64,000 nucleotides of DNA. Source: Patescibacteria group bacterium (GTDB lineage Bacteria; Patescibacteriota; Microgenomatia; UBA1400; PJMF01). Location of the stretch: NCBI GenBank assembly GCA_041747555.1, contig JBGTEY010000013.1:80814-144813 (forward strand), written 5' to 3'. This document shows positions 45,936 through 55,334 of this stretch, piece after piece; the first letter of the stretch is position 1; each line of letters starts with the position of its first letter. The position numbers and the translations under genes are program-made. The notes under the pieces are model-generated. The model was not told where the DNA came from, did not search any database, and worked only from the letters and a program-made list of their open reading frames with translations.

Positions 45936-47497
45936 ACTATAGAGCTATGTGGACAAGCATTAAAGAACACTACCGTGAAATTGTGATCGTGCTGATTGGC
46001 CTCTTGCTGAGACTTCCATACCTCAACGGTTCATTTTGGCTCGACGAAGCAGCTCAGGCTATTGAAAGCTCTCGACCTCTTTCTCAACAACTCAATATAA
46101 GTTTTGATTTTCAGCCTCCACTACTTCACTTGATGACGCATTTTGCCCTGTATGGCGGATCTTCTGAGTGGTGGCTTAGGACAGTTGGAGCACTGATACC
46201 GGGATTGATTACCATCTGGTTTACCATGAAACTAGGTAAAAAACTTGCCAACCAACACATTGGGCTCATTGCCGGACTACTCCTTGCAACAAATCCATTT
46301 CATATTTTTTACTCACAGGAACTACGACCATATGCACTCGCGGGGATGTTTGGAACCGTTAGCTGGTGGTATCTCCTAAAGTGGTTTGACGCTGCTCAGG
46401 ATCAGTCAAAAAACAGATCTCAGCTAACCTACATAATTCTAACGCTTCTTGGTTTATACAGTACCTATCTGTACCCATTCTTGATATTTGCTCAAATACT
46501 TCTCGTTCTTGTTCGATTTAGAAAAAATATCTGGGAGTATATTGCTGGCATAGCAACTGTCTGCGTTGGTTTTATACCAATTGCTCCACTTTTCTTTTCT
46601 CAACTTTCTGTTGGAACATCATTACGATCACAACTTCCTGGTTGGGAGAGTGTAGTCAGTCTATCGCAGGCCACCTCAATCCCTCTCACTCTCGGAAAAT
46701 TTCTTTTTGGCCTTATGGACCTAGATATCAGCCTTGCATTTATCACGCCTGTGGTAATGCTTTTAACTGCGCTTACATACTTGCTAATATCTCAATCGAC
46801 TCGCGATAAATACACGGAAAATTCAACTACTAAATTCTTATTACTCTGGCTGCTTGCACCTATCATACTGAGTTGGATTGTGTCGTTTTGGGTGCCCGTG
46901 GTCAGACCAAAACGGCTCCTGTTCCTTTTACCTGCTTGGCTTCTTTTGGCTTCAAGCCTGGCAGTTCCTCTGTATCAGAAGTACATCGGAGTCCTTTTAC
47001 CAAAATCCTCCAAGGATGAGGAACTCTACAAACGCACTCACTTTGCGGCAGCATGGATTGTGATGGCAGTTCTCATTGGCGCCCAGCTCGTGGGACTTAT
47101 GAATCATTTTACAAACCCACTCATACGAAGAGAGGACTGGAGGGGAGCTTATCAAACAATCACAGCTACGTATCCAGCTGAGAATAGTGTCGCACTTTTT
47201 TCTTTCACCGAACCATTTGCACCATGGAATTGGTATGACACGCTCAACTACCCAGCACTCAGCACGGGTGGATATTCAGTTGAGCAGATACCCGATTTAG
47301 AAACGCGTTTAAAAGGAGTAATTGAGTACGAGCACATTCTCGTCTTCGATTACCTAAGAGACCTAACCGACCCTAATAATCGAATTGATCGACTTCTCCA
47401 AGAGCTTGGGTACGAAGAACGAACAACACTTGATTTTAAACAGATTGGATTTGTGCGGGTGTATACTCGAGATTCGACCGTGATTGGTAGTAAGTAA
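45929..47497 (+). CDS. GT-C fold membrane glycosyltransferase, ArnT/PMT-like (GT39/GT83-like)
   Basis: 'NGSFWLDEAAQAIESSRPL' after TM1 and about 11 TM helices. Confidence 0.65.
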   Translation: MSYYRAMWTSIKEHYREIVIVLIGLLLRLPYLNGSFWLDEAAQAIESSRPLSQQLNISFDFQPPLLHLMTHFALYGGSSEWWLRTVGALIPGLITIWFTMKLGKKLANQHIGLIAGLLLATNPFHIFYSQELRPYALAGMFGTVSWWYLLKWFDAAQDQSKNRSQLTYIILTLLGLYSTYLYPFLIFAQILLVLVRFRKNIWEYIAGIATVCVGFIPIAPLFFSQLSVGTSLRSQLPGWESVVSLSQATSIPLTLGKFLFGLMDLDISLAFITPVVMLLTALTYLLISQSTRDKYTENSTTKFLLLWLLAPIILSWIVSFWVPVVRPKRLLFLLPAWLLLASSLAVPLYQKYIGVLLPKSSKDEELYKRTHFAAAWIVMAVLIGAQLVGLMNHFTNPLIRREDWRGAYQTITATYPAENSVALFSFTEPFAPWNWYDTLNYPALSTGGYSVEQIPDLETRLKGVIEYEHILVFDYLRDLTDPNNRIDRLLQELGYEERTTLDFKQIGFVRVYTRDSTVIGSK

Positions 47498-47529
47498 ATA
47501 TTTCTCAAAGAGAAGATAGCAAGTAAAGT

Positions 47530-48660
47530 ATGCGAGTAGGAATTGACATATCATCCATTGTATTTGGACGCGGTGTATCTCGTTACACAACCAATCTAAC
47601 ACAGAGCTTAATTGATCATGGTGTTCCAGTCTCATTATATGGATCAAGTTTACGACAGCGTGCTGCAATCCAGCAATTTGGTCAAGAAATGAAAACGATA
47701 GCCCCTCAAACTCAAATCGTAACTACGTCCTTCCCACCAGTTGTTCTTGAAAAAATGTGGAAGTATCTTCACTGGCCAAAAATTGACCAACTATTACCCG
47801 AAATAGATCTCTTTCACTCATGGGATTGGCTACAACCCCCAACTGAGCGTGTTCCAATTGTGTCGACAGTCCACGATGTAGCCATTCTAAAATTTCCACA
47901 GACAGCTCACCCAAAAATAGTAAGCATGCATCGTGATTCTTGGCGCATTCTTAAGGACCGGCAGGCTCATCTCATAGCAGTCAGCAGAACTACTAAAAAT
48001 GACTTAGTAAACTTTCTCGATTATCCTCAATATCTGATTCACGTTGTTCATGAAGCACTCCCTAGAGAAGTTGTCGCAGTTTCAATGAATATGAGCGAAG
48101 AACGCTTTGAACAAATAAAGCAATCTCTTAATCGCCAAAAACCATTTTTACTCTTTGTTGGAACCCAGGAGCCAAGAAAGAATCTAGATAGGCTGATTCA
48201 AGCATGGCAGCCTCTTCATAAAGATATCGATCTGCTATTGGTTGGGGCTGAGGGGTGGGGTGACACGCTTATTAGTACCGGTCCACAGCCAGAAATGTTA
48301 GGGAGAGTTTCTGATGAAGTTCTTTCTGTGTTATATGCCGAAGCCACACTTTTTGTATATCCATCGCTCTATGAAGGATTTGGATTGCCAATTCTTGAAA
48401 GCTTTTTCCACGGAACACCGGTATTGACGAGTGATAACTCAGGTATGAGAGAAGTAGCAGGCAATGCAGCAGAGCTCGTTAATCCTGAATCAGTTGAAGA
48501 AATACGCGCCGGAATTAGTAAACTACTCAATGAAGACATTGAGGCCCAACGAAAGCGCTTGCAGCGGATGATGATACGACTCCAAATGTTCACCTGGGAA
48601 AAAGTCGCACGAGAAACCGTCGCTGTGTACAAACAAGCTATTCAGGAGCAAAATGGCTAA
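47530..48660 (+). CDS. Glycosyltransferase family 4
   Basis: 'EGFGLPILESFFHGTPVLTSD'. Confidence 0.8.
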   Translation: MRVGIDISSIVFGRGVSRYTTNLTQSLIDHGVPVSLYGSSLRQRAAIQQFGQEMKTIAPQTQIVTTSFPPVVLEKMWKYLHWPKIDQLLPEIDLFHSWDWLQPPTERVPIVSTVHDVAILKFPQTAHPKIVSMHRDSWRILKDRQAHLIAVSRTTKNDLVNFLDYPQYLIHVVHEALPREVVAVSMNMSEERFEQIKQSLNRQKPFLLFVGTQEPRKNLDRLIQAWQPLHKDIDLLLVGAEGWGDTLISTGPQPEMLGRVSDEVLSVLYAEATLFVYPSLYEGFGLPILESFFHGTPVLTSDNSGMREVAGNAAELVNPESVEEIRAGISKLLNEDIEAQRKRLQRMMIRLQMFTWEKVARETVAVYKQAIQEQNG

Positions 48661-49831
48661 ATCAATCCACATCGCTATTGATTGCAATGAAGCAAATATT
48701 AAAAACAGGGTTGGGAGTAATGTCTATGCCTACAACATACTTATGGCACTGCAAGGGCTAGCAAAAACAAACAAGATCACGTGCACACTTTTTCATGCTG
48801 AAAAACTTGTTGATGATATGCCTAAGCAAGCAGCGAACTGGCGATATCAACACATCGGTCCACGCAAATTTTGGACTCAGTGGGCACTTCCCAGGCAGCT
48901 TTTTTCTGAAAAAGATACATTCGATGCATTTTTTACACCAGGGCACTATGCGCCGCGATTCTGCCCAATACCCAGTGTCGTTTCTGTCATGGACACAGCG
49001 TATCTAGTATATCCAGAACAATTTCGCCGCAGAGATTATTTGCAACTAAAGATGTGGACACAGTACAGCGTACAGCAAGCAGCAAAAGTCATTGCAATTA
49101 GCGATTTTACCAAATCAGAAGTGTGCAAATATTACAAAAAGGAAGAAAAAGATGTTGTCGTCGCCTCACCGGCCGCACCAGAGAAGATAGCACTGCCAAA
49201 CCAACAAAAACAACTGTCCATGCTCAAAGCTCTTCGTGTTTCAAAACCATACTTCTTATTCGTTGGTACAGTACAGCCAAGAAAAAATATTGAACAACTC
49301 ATAACCGCATTTGAAATTTTTGTGACTGATGTGCTCCAAAGTTCATCAGTCACTCCTCAATTCAGTGAGTATCAGCTTGTGATAGCCGGAAAAATTGGTT
49401 GGATGGCTGACCCGATAGTACAGCGGGCAAAAGAGTCACCGGTTACTGATCAAATACTGCTCACCAATTATGTGATGGATGACGAAAAAGCCGTGCTGTA
49501 CTCCAACGCCACTGCTACAATACTACCCGGTCTCTACGAAGGATTTGGCATCCCACCTCTCGAGGCTATGCAGTATGGAAGCATCCCAATTGTATCGAAT
49601 TCTTCGAGTTTGCCAGAGGTAGTTGGAGACGCTGGATTTAAAATAGATCCAACTTCTTCAGAAGAACTTGCCGCTGCACTTCAGAGCGTTGCAAAGCTTA
49701 CAGATTCAGAGCGAAAAAAAATGCTTGTCGAGGGTCAGAAGCAGGCTCAGAAATTTTCATGGAAAGAGAGTGCGAAAACTATACTTTCAACAATTCAAAA
49801 CGTCGCCTCAGATAAAAACAATGTCAAATAA
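48653..49831 (+). CDS. Glycosyltransferase family 4
   Basis: 'EGFGIPPLEAMQYGSIPIVSN'. Confidence 0.8.
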   Translation: MAKSIHIAIDCNEANIKNRVGSNVYAYNILMALQGLAKTNKITCTLFHAEKLVDDMPKQAANWRYQHIGPRKFWTQWALPRQLFSEKDTFDAFFTPGHYAPRFCPIPSVVSVMDTAYLVYPEQFRRRDYLQLKMWTQYSVQQAAKVIAISDFTKSEVCKYYKKEEKDVVVASPAAPEKIALPNQQKQLSMLKALRVSKPYFLFVGTVQPRKNIEQLITAFEIFVTDVLQSSSVTPQFSEYQLVIAGKIGWMADPIVQRAKESPVTDQILLTNYVMDDEKAVLYSNATATILPGLYEGFGIPPLEAMQYGSIPIVSNSSSLPEVVGDAGFKIDPTSSEELAAALQSVAKLTDSERKKMLVEGQKQAQKFSWKESAKTILSTIQNVASDKNNVK

Positions 49832-50324
49832 CATGAGCGGAATTGTCATCGGAATAGACCCAGGATTTGACCGCCTCGGGTGGGCTGTCGGAACGATTGA
49901 AAACCGGTCGGTGAAAGTTCTCGACTTTGGTTGTATTACGCCCAAGTCATCGCCTGACTACTTCAAAAGACTTTCAGACTTACAATCTGAATTCTCAAAA
50001 GTGTTAGAAAAGTACAACCCTGTTACTGCCGCCATTGAAACACTTTTTTTCTCAAAAAATAAAACTTCAGCGCTGGCAGTCAGTGAATCAAGGGGAATCG
50101 TGATCGGTCGTCTTGTAGCCACTCAATGCTCGATCCATGAATACAACCCCAATACCATTAAAGCTACCGTGACAGGTTCTGGCACTGCCTCTAAGGCGGA
50201 AGTAACCAAAATGGTAGTCCTGCAAACAGGCATATCGGCAACTGGCCATCATGATGACGCCATCGATGCTGTTGCAATACTGCTGACACATGCCATACTC
50301 AGTGGCACTCGTCATCTTGCCTGA
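49821..50324 (+). CDS. ruvC: Crossover junction endodeoxyribonuclease RuvC
   Basis: 'GIVIGIDPGFDRLGWAV' is the RuvC catalytic Asp motif. The track ORF starts at a TTG at 49668 inside the upstream GT4; the ATG at 49821 (or 49833) is the plausible start. My manual count of the printed sequence near the stop is off by 1 nt from the track; I use the track end. Confidence 0.85.
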   Translation: MSNNMSGIVIGIDPGFDRLGWAVGTIENRSVKVLDFGCITPKSSPDYFKRLSDLQSEFSKVLEKYNPVTAAIETLFFSKNKTSALAVSESRGIVIGRLVATQCSIHEYNPNTIKATVTGSGTASKAEVTKMVVLQTGISATGHHDDAIDAVAILLTHAILSGTRHLA

Positions 50325-50390
50325 TGTTTTTTCTCGTCACTCACCCAAGTGCAAATTCCCGCAAGAAAGACGAACATTGTATAAAAATTT

Positions 50391-50399
50391 GATATACTC
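50391..50399 (+). promoter_or_regulatory. Extended -10 promoter element (TGATATACT) in the ruvC-ruvA gap, about 9 nt upstream of the ruvA ATG
   Basis: It matches the extended -10 consensus TGnTATAAT at 8 of 9 positions. The hexamer lies 9 nt from the start codon, implying a leaderless or near-leaderless transcript. Confidence 0.35.
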
Positions 50400-50408
50400 A
50401 ATAGACGT

Positions 50409-50996
50409 ATGATTGCAAAATTAACCGGCATTCCCGAACTCTTTGGTGATCACATCATTCTTACTGTTTCTGGCGTTGGATATGAAGTTCATGCGACCGC
50501 AGACGCACTCGCACTCATCAATTCTCAATCAAGTGCTGAACGTACAAACGAAATTACGCTTTACACATTTTTGTGGGTACGTGAAGACGCCCTAGAGCTC
50601 TACGGTTTTGCTTCACCAGAAGAAATTAAAATATTCAAGTATTTACTCCAGGTTTCTGGGGTTGGCCCAAAAACCGCCTTGGCAATTACTAATCAAGGAG
50701 TAAAACCCATTGTCGAAGCCGTGCAATCAGGTAACGTATCATTCTTCAAATCAGTCCCTCGCGTTGGCAAACGATCGGCTCAGAAAATTATAATAGAACT
50801 CACTCCAAAGCTCGGCGCGCTAGAAGAACTAGATTTGACTCCGCTCAGCGATATTCACCGAGATGTGTTCGAAGCGCTTGTCTCACTTGGGTATGATGAG
50901 CAAGCTGTTAGCAAAGTTGTTCGATCGCTGGATGTTGAAACTTTAGAACTCAAGTCAGCCATCCAAAGAGCAATTAAGGAATTAAGCACTCAATGA
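50409..50996 (+). CDS. ruvA: Holliday junction branch migration complex subunit RuvA
   Basis: 'MIAKLTGI...VSGVGYEV' is the typical RuvA OB-fold N-terminus, and 'GVGPKTALAI' is a HhH motif. Confidence 0.85.
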   Translation: MIAKLTGIPELFGDHIILTVSGVGYEVHATADALALINSQSSAERTNEITLYTFLWVREDALELYGFASPEEIKIFKYLLQVSGVGPKTALAITNQGVKPIVEAVQSGNVSFFKSVPRVGKRSAQKIIIELTPKLGALEELDLTPLSDIHRDVFEALVSLGYDEQAVSKVVRSLDVETLELKSAIQRAIKELSTQ

Positions 50997-52000
50997 CAGA
51001 CACTACATTAGAAGTATTACATTTACCGAGCAGTCCTGAAGATGATCATCTGATAGTTTCGTTGCGTGCTCAAAATTGGGATGAATTTTTTGGGCAAGAG
51101 CACGTTAAGGAGTCACTAAGCATCGCCATCACCGCTGCTAAAGGCAGGAATGAGCCGCTCGATCATACGCTATTTTATGGCCCACCGGGTTTGGGGAAAA
51201 CTACCCTAGCACACATCATCGCTCGCGAGCTGGGCTCACAATTAACCGTTACTTCTGGTACCGCACTCTCAAAAGCTGGAGATTTAGCAGCAATTCTGAC
51301 CAATCTCAAGCCAGGAGACGTTCTATTTGTTGATGAAATTCACCGATTGCCAAAGGTTGTAGAAGAAACGCTCTATCCAGCTATGGAAGATTTTGCGCTC
51401 GATATCGTGATCGGAAAAGGACCTGCAGCGCGCACGATTCGACTTGATCTCCCGCAATTTACCTTAATTGGTGCAACGACACGCTTTGGATTGCTTGCAG
51501 GGCCATTTCGAGACAGATTTGGATTGATTCAGCGGCTTAGGTATTACGAATTCCAACAACTCGCAAGAGTTTTGCACAAAGCTGCCAAAAAATTAGGCAT
51601 TGAGCTCACCGATGAAGGCGCAGAAGCAATTGCCAAACGATCCAGAGGAACACCTAGAATTGCCCTCAAACTCCTCAAGCGAGTCCGCGATTACGTTGAA
51701 GTCGACGGTGGGACTGAAATTACACCAAAAATGGTAGATCATGCGCTTGATCTATTCGCAATTGATATTCTCGGACTTGGAGAGGCAGATAGAAGACTAT
51801 TGATCCAGCTTATCGACAAACACGAAGGTGGTCCGATTGGGCTTTCAACGATTAGCGCCACTCTCAATGAAGATGCACAAACAATTGAGGAGGTACTTGA
51901 GCCCTATCTTATCCAACTTGGGTTCATGAAGAGAACCCCGCAAGGCCGAGTTATTACCAAAAAAGCATACGACCACCTCAAAAAACCATACACAAAGTAA
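50993..52000 (+). CDS. ruvB: Holliday junction branch migration ATPase RuvB
   Basis: 'FYGPPGLGKTTLAHIIA' (Walker A), 'VLFVDEIHRL' (Walker B) and 'GATTR'. Confidence 0.95.
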   Translation: MTDTTLEVLHLPSSPEDDHLIVSLRAQNWDEFFGQEHVKESLSIAITAAKGRNEPLDHTLFYGPPGLGKTTLAHIIARELGSQLTVTSGTALSKAGDLAAILTNLKPGDVLFVDEIHRLPKVVEETLYPAMEDFALDIVIGKGPAARTIRLDLPQFTLIGATTRFGLLAGPFRDRFGLIQRLRYYEFQQLARVLHKAAKKLGIELTDEGAEAIAKRSRGTPRIALKLLKRVRDYVEVDGGTEITPKMVDHALDLFAIDILGLGEADRRLLIQLIDKHEGGPIGLSTISATLNEDAQTIEEVLEPYLIQLGFMKRTPQGRVITKKAYDHLKKPYTK

Positions 52001-52056
52001 CCAAGTATTATCTCTTAAAAAAAATACCCAATACTGCACATACTCAAAAACTCACG

Positions 52057-52062
52057 TATACT
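52057..52062 (+). promoter_or_regulatory. -10-like hexamer TATACT, 6 nt upstream of the acetyltransferase ATG (ruvB-acetyltransferase gap)
   Basis: A sequence match; no TG extension and no clear -35. Confidence 0.25.
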
Positions 52063-52068
52063 ACGGCT

Positions 52069-52659
52069 ATGTCAGATCCACTTCATGTAAAGATAGTCCG
52101 TCGACTACAGGCTATCTGGCTCGAATCTCTTACTGGTTGGTTGTGGTGGGGTGTGGGTTTTATTCCGAGTCACATGATTCGAAACCTTAACTATAGACTG
52201 TGCGGAATGAAAATAGGCAGGGGATCAACCATCCACATGATGGCGCGAATTTACGACCCTCGCTATATTTCAATCGGAAACGATAGTATTTTGGGTGAAA
52301 AAATTACGCTTGATGGCCGAAGACAGTTACCTGGATCGAAAGGTGCAATCACAATTGGCGATCATGTGGACATAGCTTCAGAAGTTATGATTTGGACGGC
52401 AAAACATGATATCTCTGATCCAAAGTTTGCACCAATTGAATCCCCAGTTGTAATTGGCGATTACGTCTTCATTGGTCCACGAGCAATAATTATGCCCGGT
52501 GTAACTATTGGGCGAGGGGCAATTGTTGCTGCTGGAGCTGTGGTGACAAAAAACGTTCCAGAGCTTGCTATTGTCGCAGGTATTCCAGCAGAAAAAATTA
52601 GCGAACGCGACCCATCAGTTCTTACGTACAAGCTCGGTCGAGCTCGACTTTTTCAATAA
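52069..52659 (+). CDS. Hexapeptide-repeat (left-handed beta-helix) acyl/acetyltransferase, sugar O-acetyltransferase-like (WcaF/WbbJ-like)
   Basis: Repeated [LIV]-G-x-x-x-x hexads: 'IGDHVDIASEVMI', 'IGDYVFIGPRAIIMPGVTIGRGAIVAAGAVV'. Confidence 0.75.
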   Translation: MSDPLHVKIVRRLQAIWLESLTGWLWWGVGFIPSHMIRNLNYRLCGMKIGRGSTIHMMARIYDPRYISIGNDSILGEKITLDGRRQLPGSKGAITIGDHVDIASEVMIWTAKHDISDPKFAPIESPVVIGDYVFIGPRAIIMPGVTIGRGAIVAAGAVVTKNVPELAIVAGIPAEKISERDPSVLTYKLGRARLFQ

Positions 52660-52677
52660 ATAGTACTGGGCACAGTC

Positions 52678-53655
52678 ATGAGTTCTCAAACAACCCTACT
52701 ATCGATAATTATTGTGAGTTACAACACAGCTCGCCTGACTCTGCAAACTATTAAATCTACACTTAAAGACATTGAAAGCACAGAAGATTTGCGCACAACG
52801 AGTGAAATAATTGTGGTCGATAATAACTCAAGCGACAACACGCTTGAGCGTATTACTAGCCTCAAAAAAACAACTCAGACACTCATTACAATTATAAAAA
52901 ACAAAAAAAACCTTGGATTCGCAACTGCAAATAACCAAGGTATCGAAGTAGCAAAAGGACGCTGCATCTTACTCCTCAACTCGGATACCATCGTGCAACG
53001 AGGCTCTCTCAAAAAACTTGTAGATGCACTCCATCCAACACCTGCCATCGAGAACCTCGGCATAATTGCTGCCCGACTTGAAAACCAGGATGGTAGCTAT
53101 CAAGCTCAAGGGGGATCCCTCCCCACGCTCTTCAGACTGGCAACTCAAATGTTTGGTATTGATGATATTCCAGTGATCGGAACCCTACTTCCATCAATGC
53201 AAGAGACTGGACTCAATTATTCACAACCAACCAAACAAGATGACCTGCTTTCTGAGTTGTACGAAATTGGCTGGGTCGCAGGAACAGCTATGATGATCCA
53301 TCGATCTGTAATTGACAGCATCGGCGACCTCGACGAAGGAATTTTCATGTATGCAGAAGACATAGAGTATTGCGTCAGAGCGCAAGATCACCACATTGCC
53401 TGCGCTATTCACTCAGGCGCTTCAGTTACACATTTAAAAAATGCGAGTGGCTCACAAGAAGCAGCCATTCTCGGTGAATTTAGAGGACTCTTATATCTAT
53501 GGGCAAAACATCGTCCCTTATGGGAATATCGCGCTGCTCGACTCATTCTGATAATCGGAGCATGTATTAGAATTGTCTTGTTTGGTACAATTATGGGCGA
53601 CAAGACTAGAGCAAATGCATACAAAAAAGCGCTCTCAGAAATACGCAGCACATGA
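52678..53655 (+). CDS. Glycosyltransferase family 2
   Basis: 'LSIIIVSYNTARLT', 'IIVVDNNSSDNT', 'GFATANNQG' and 'LLLNSDT'. Confidence 0.75.
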   Translation: MSSQTTLLSIIIVSYNTARLTLQTIKSTLKDIESTEDLRTTSEIIVVDNNSSDNTLERITSLKKTTQTLITIIKNKKNLGFATANNQGIEVAKGRCILLLNSDTIVQRGSLKKLVDALHPTPAIENLGIIAARLENQDGSYQAQGGSLPTLFRLATQMFGIDDIPVIGTLLPSMQETGLNYSQPTKQDDLLSELYEIGWVAGTAMMIHRSVIDSIGDLDEGIFMYAEDIEYCVRAQDHHIACAIHSGASVTHLKNASGSQEAAILGEFRGLLYLWAKHRPLWEYRAARLILIIGACIRIVLFGTIMGDKTRANAYKKALSEIRST

Positions 53656-55334
53656 AGAAGACTCATTCTCCGTTGACAAAAATGATAACTTGGTTTGATC
53701 GGTATGGTTTACTGACACTCGCAAGTTTTCTGGTCGTATTTTTACCACTATATCCCAAATTGCCACTTTTTGATGTCATCCCGGGATATATCGTACGCGT
53801 AAGAGTCGAAGATATCCTGATACTTTTTGTGAGCGCCATTTGGGCAATGCAAGTGTATAGAAAGAAGATTGTCTGGAAAAACCCGCTTAACCCGCTGATT
53901 GGCCTGTACGCACTTGCTGGAATCGCTTCTATTTTTTCCGCCATAGTTATTTTGGGAACAATTCCACTCGAGACTATTCATCTTGCAAAATCAACGCTAC
54001 ATTTCCTTAGATATATCGAGTACTTCATGCTCTTTTTTATATTTTTCTCTAGTATCCAGAAGAAAAAGGACGTGCTTGTCATTCTTACAGTTCTGGTGGC
54101 AACTGTCATGATGATTGCGGTGTATGGCATTGGGCAAAAATATTTTTATTGGCCTGTGTACTCAACCATGAATCGAGAATTTAGCAAGGGTGTACGACTT
54201 ATCTTGACCGAGCATGCTCGTGTTCAATCAACATTTGGTGGACACTATGATTTGGCAGCATACCTTGTAATAACTTTGCCACTGCTGCTGAGCATTGGAG
54301 TAGCTGCAAAAAAACAAAGTATAAAAGTGATGATATGGCTCGCGTTTACTCTAGGTGTGTGGCTCCTCGTAGTCAGTGGCGCCAGAATGTCATTTGCTTC
54401 TTATATCATTGCTGTGAGTGTTACCATTGCGCTCCTTGCGTTCAAAAAAAAGAACTGGCGCGAGCGTATACGGTGGGGAGTATCACGAATTGCGCTGGTT
54501 GGATTTCTAACCTTCATTATTTTCTTAAGTTTTGGCGAAGATATGTATGAGCGATTTTTACAAACACTCGAAGCATATCCCGAATTACACGAACCTTACC
54601 ATCAAGCTAACGATCAAAGAAAAGAACTAGTGCAAGCATACATCCTAACGCCACTTGGTCTTCAAAACATGAAAATTACCAAGCCTGATAATGCAATCAC
54701 AACTGATGAAGCTGCCGTTATGGTTTCATCTGATCAGCAACCCACCCCACTCGAATCTGACACCAGACGTCCGAGTGATGTCTATGTTGAAGTCCCGAAT
54801 ATTCAACAAGTTGAAACAACCTCTGAAACGGGCGAGACTACCATCACCTACATTGAAACTGAACGAGTCTATTCTGAAAATGCACTTCGTCACGGGCTCT
54901 CACTTGCGATTCGTCTCGATACGCTGTGGCCTCAGGCAATTGCAGGATTTGAACGTAATCCACTCTTGGGAACTGGCTATGCGACACTTAATAAACAAAG
55001 TCCTACGCACTTTACAGAGGCCGATAGCACAGATAATAATTTCTTAAGGACACTTGGAGAAACTGGCTTGCTTGGTTTTGTCACATTTTATGGAATAATC
55101 TTATTTGCAATGCATCAAGCATATTCTCTTGCTCGCTTACACAGCAGTGATTCCATCGAGACCGCCGTCGCAATTGGTTTTTTTGGTGCGAGCTTTGGCC
55201 TATTATTGAATGCGCTCTATATAGATGTTTTTGCGGCATCAAAAGTTGCACTTGCCTACTGGAGTCTTGCGGGTGTGGTTATTGCACTGGCGAGACTAAG
55301 TTCTCAAAAAAAAGTAGCAAAGCAATCAAAATGA
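53652..55334 (+). CDS. O-antigen ligase/polymerase-like membrane protein (Wzy_C/WaaL family-like)
   Basis: About 12 TM helices and a large periplasmic loop with 'RLDTLWPQAIAGFERNPLLGTGYATL...FTEADSTDNNFLRTLGETGLLGF'. It is paralogous to the N-terminal domain of ORF 40176. Confidence 0.6.
   Translation: MKKTHSPLTKMITWFDRYGLLTLASFLVVFLPLYPKLPLFDVIPGYIVRVRVEDILILFVSAIWAMQVYRKKIVWKNPLNPLIGLYALAGIASIFSAIVILGTIPLETIHLAKSTLHFLRYIEYFMLFFIFFSSIQKKKDVLVILTVLVATVMMIAVYGIGQKYFYWPVYSTMNREFSKGVRLILTEHARVQSTFGGHYDLAAYLVITLPLLLSIGVAAKKQSIKVMIWLAFTLGVWLLVVSGARMSFASYIIAVSVTIALLAFKKKNWRERIRWGVSRIALVGFLTFIIFLSFGEDMYERFLQTLEAYPELHEPYHQANDQRKELVQAYILTPLGLQNMKITKPDNAITTDEAAVMVSSDQQPTPLESDTRRPSDVYVEVPNIQQVETTSETGETTITYIETERVYSENALRHGLSLAIRLDTLWPQAIAGFERNPLLGTGYATLNKQSPTHFTEADSTDNNFLRTLGETGLLGFVTFYGIILFAMHQAYSLARLHSSDSIETAVAIGFFGASFGLLLNALYIDVFAASKVALAYWSLAGVVIALARLSSQKKVAKQSK

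Noticed and set aside
50281-50325. Apparent 1-nt discrepancy between my manual count of the printed sequence and the ORF-track coordinates near the ruvC stop
   Set aside because: This is most likely my own mis-count within one line. Coordinates re-synchronise at ruvA (50409) and the track frame gives a clean RuvC C-terminus. I follow the track and do not call a frameshift or pseudogene.
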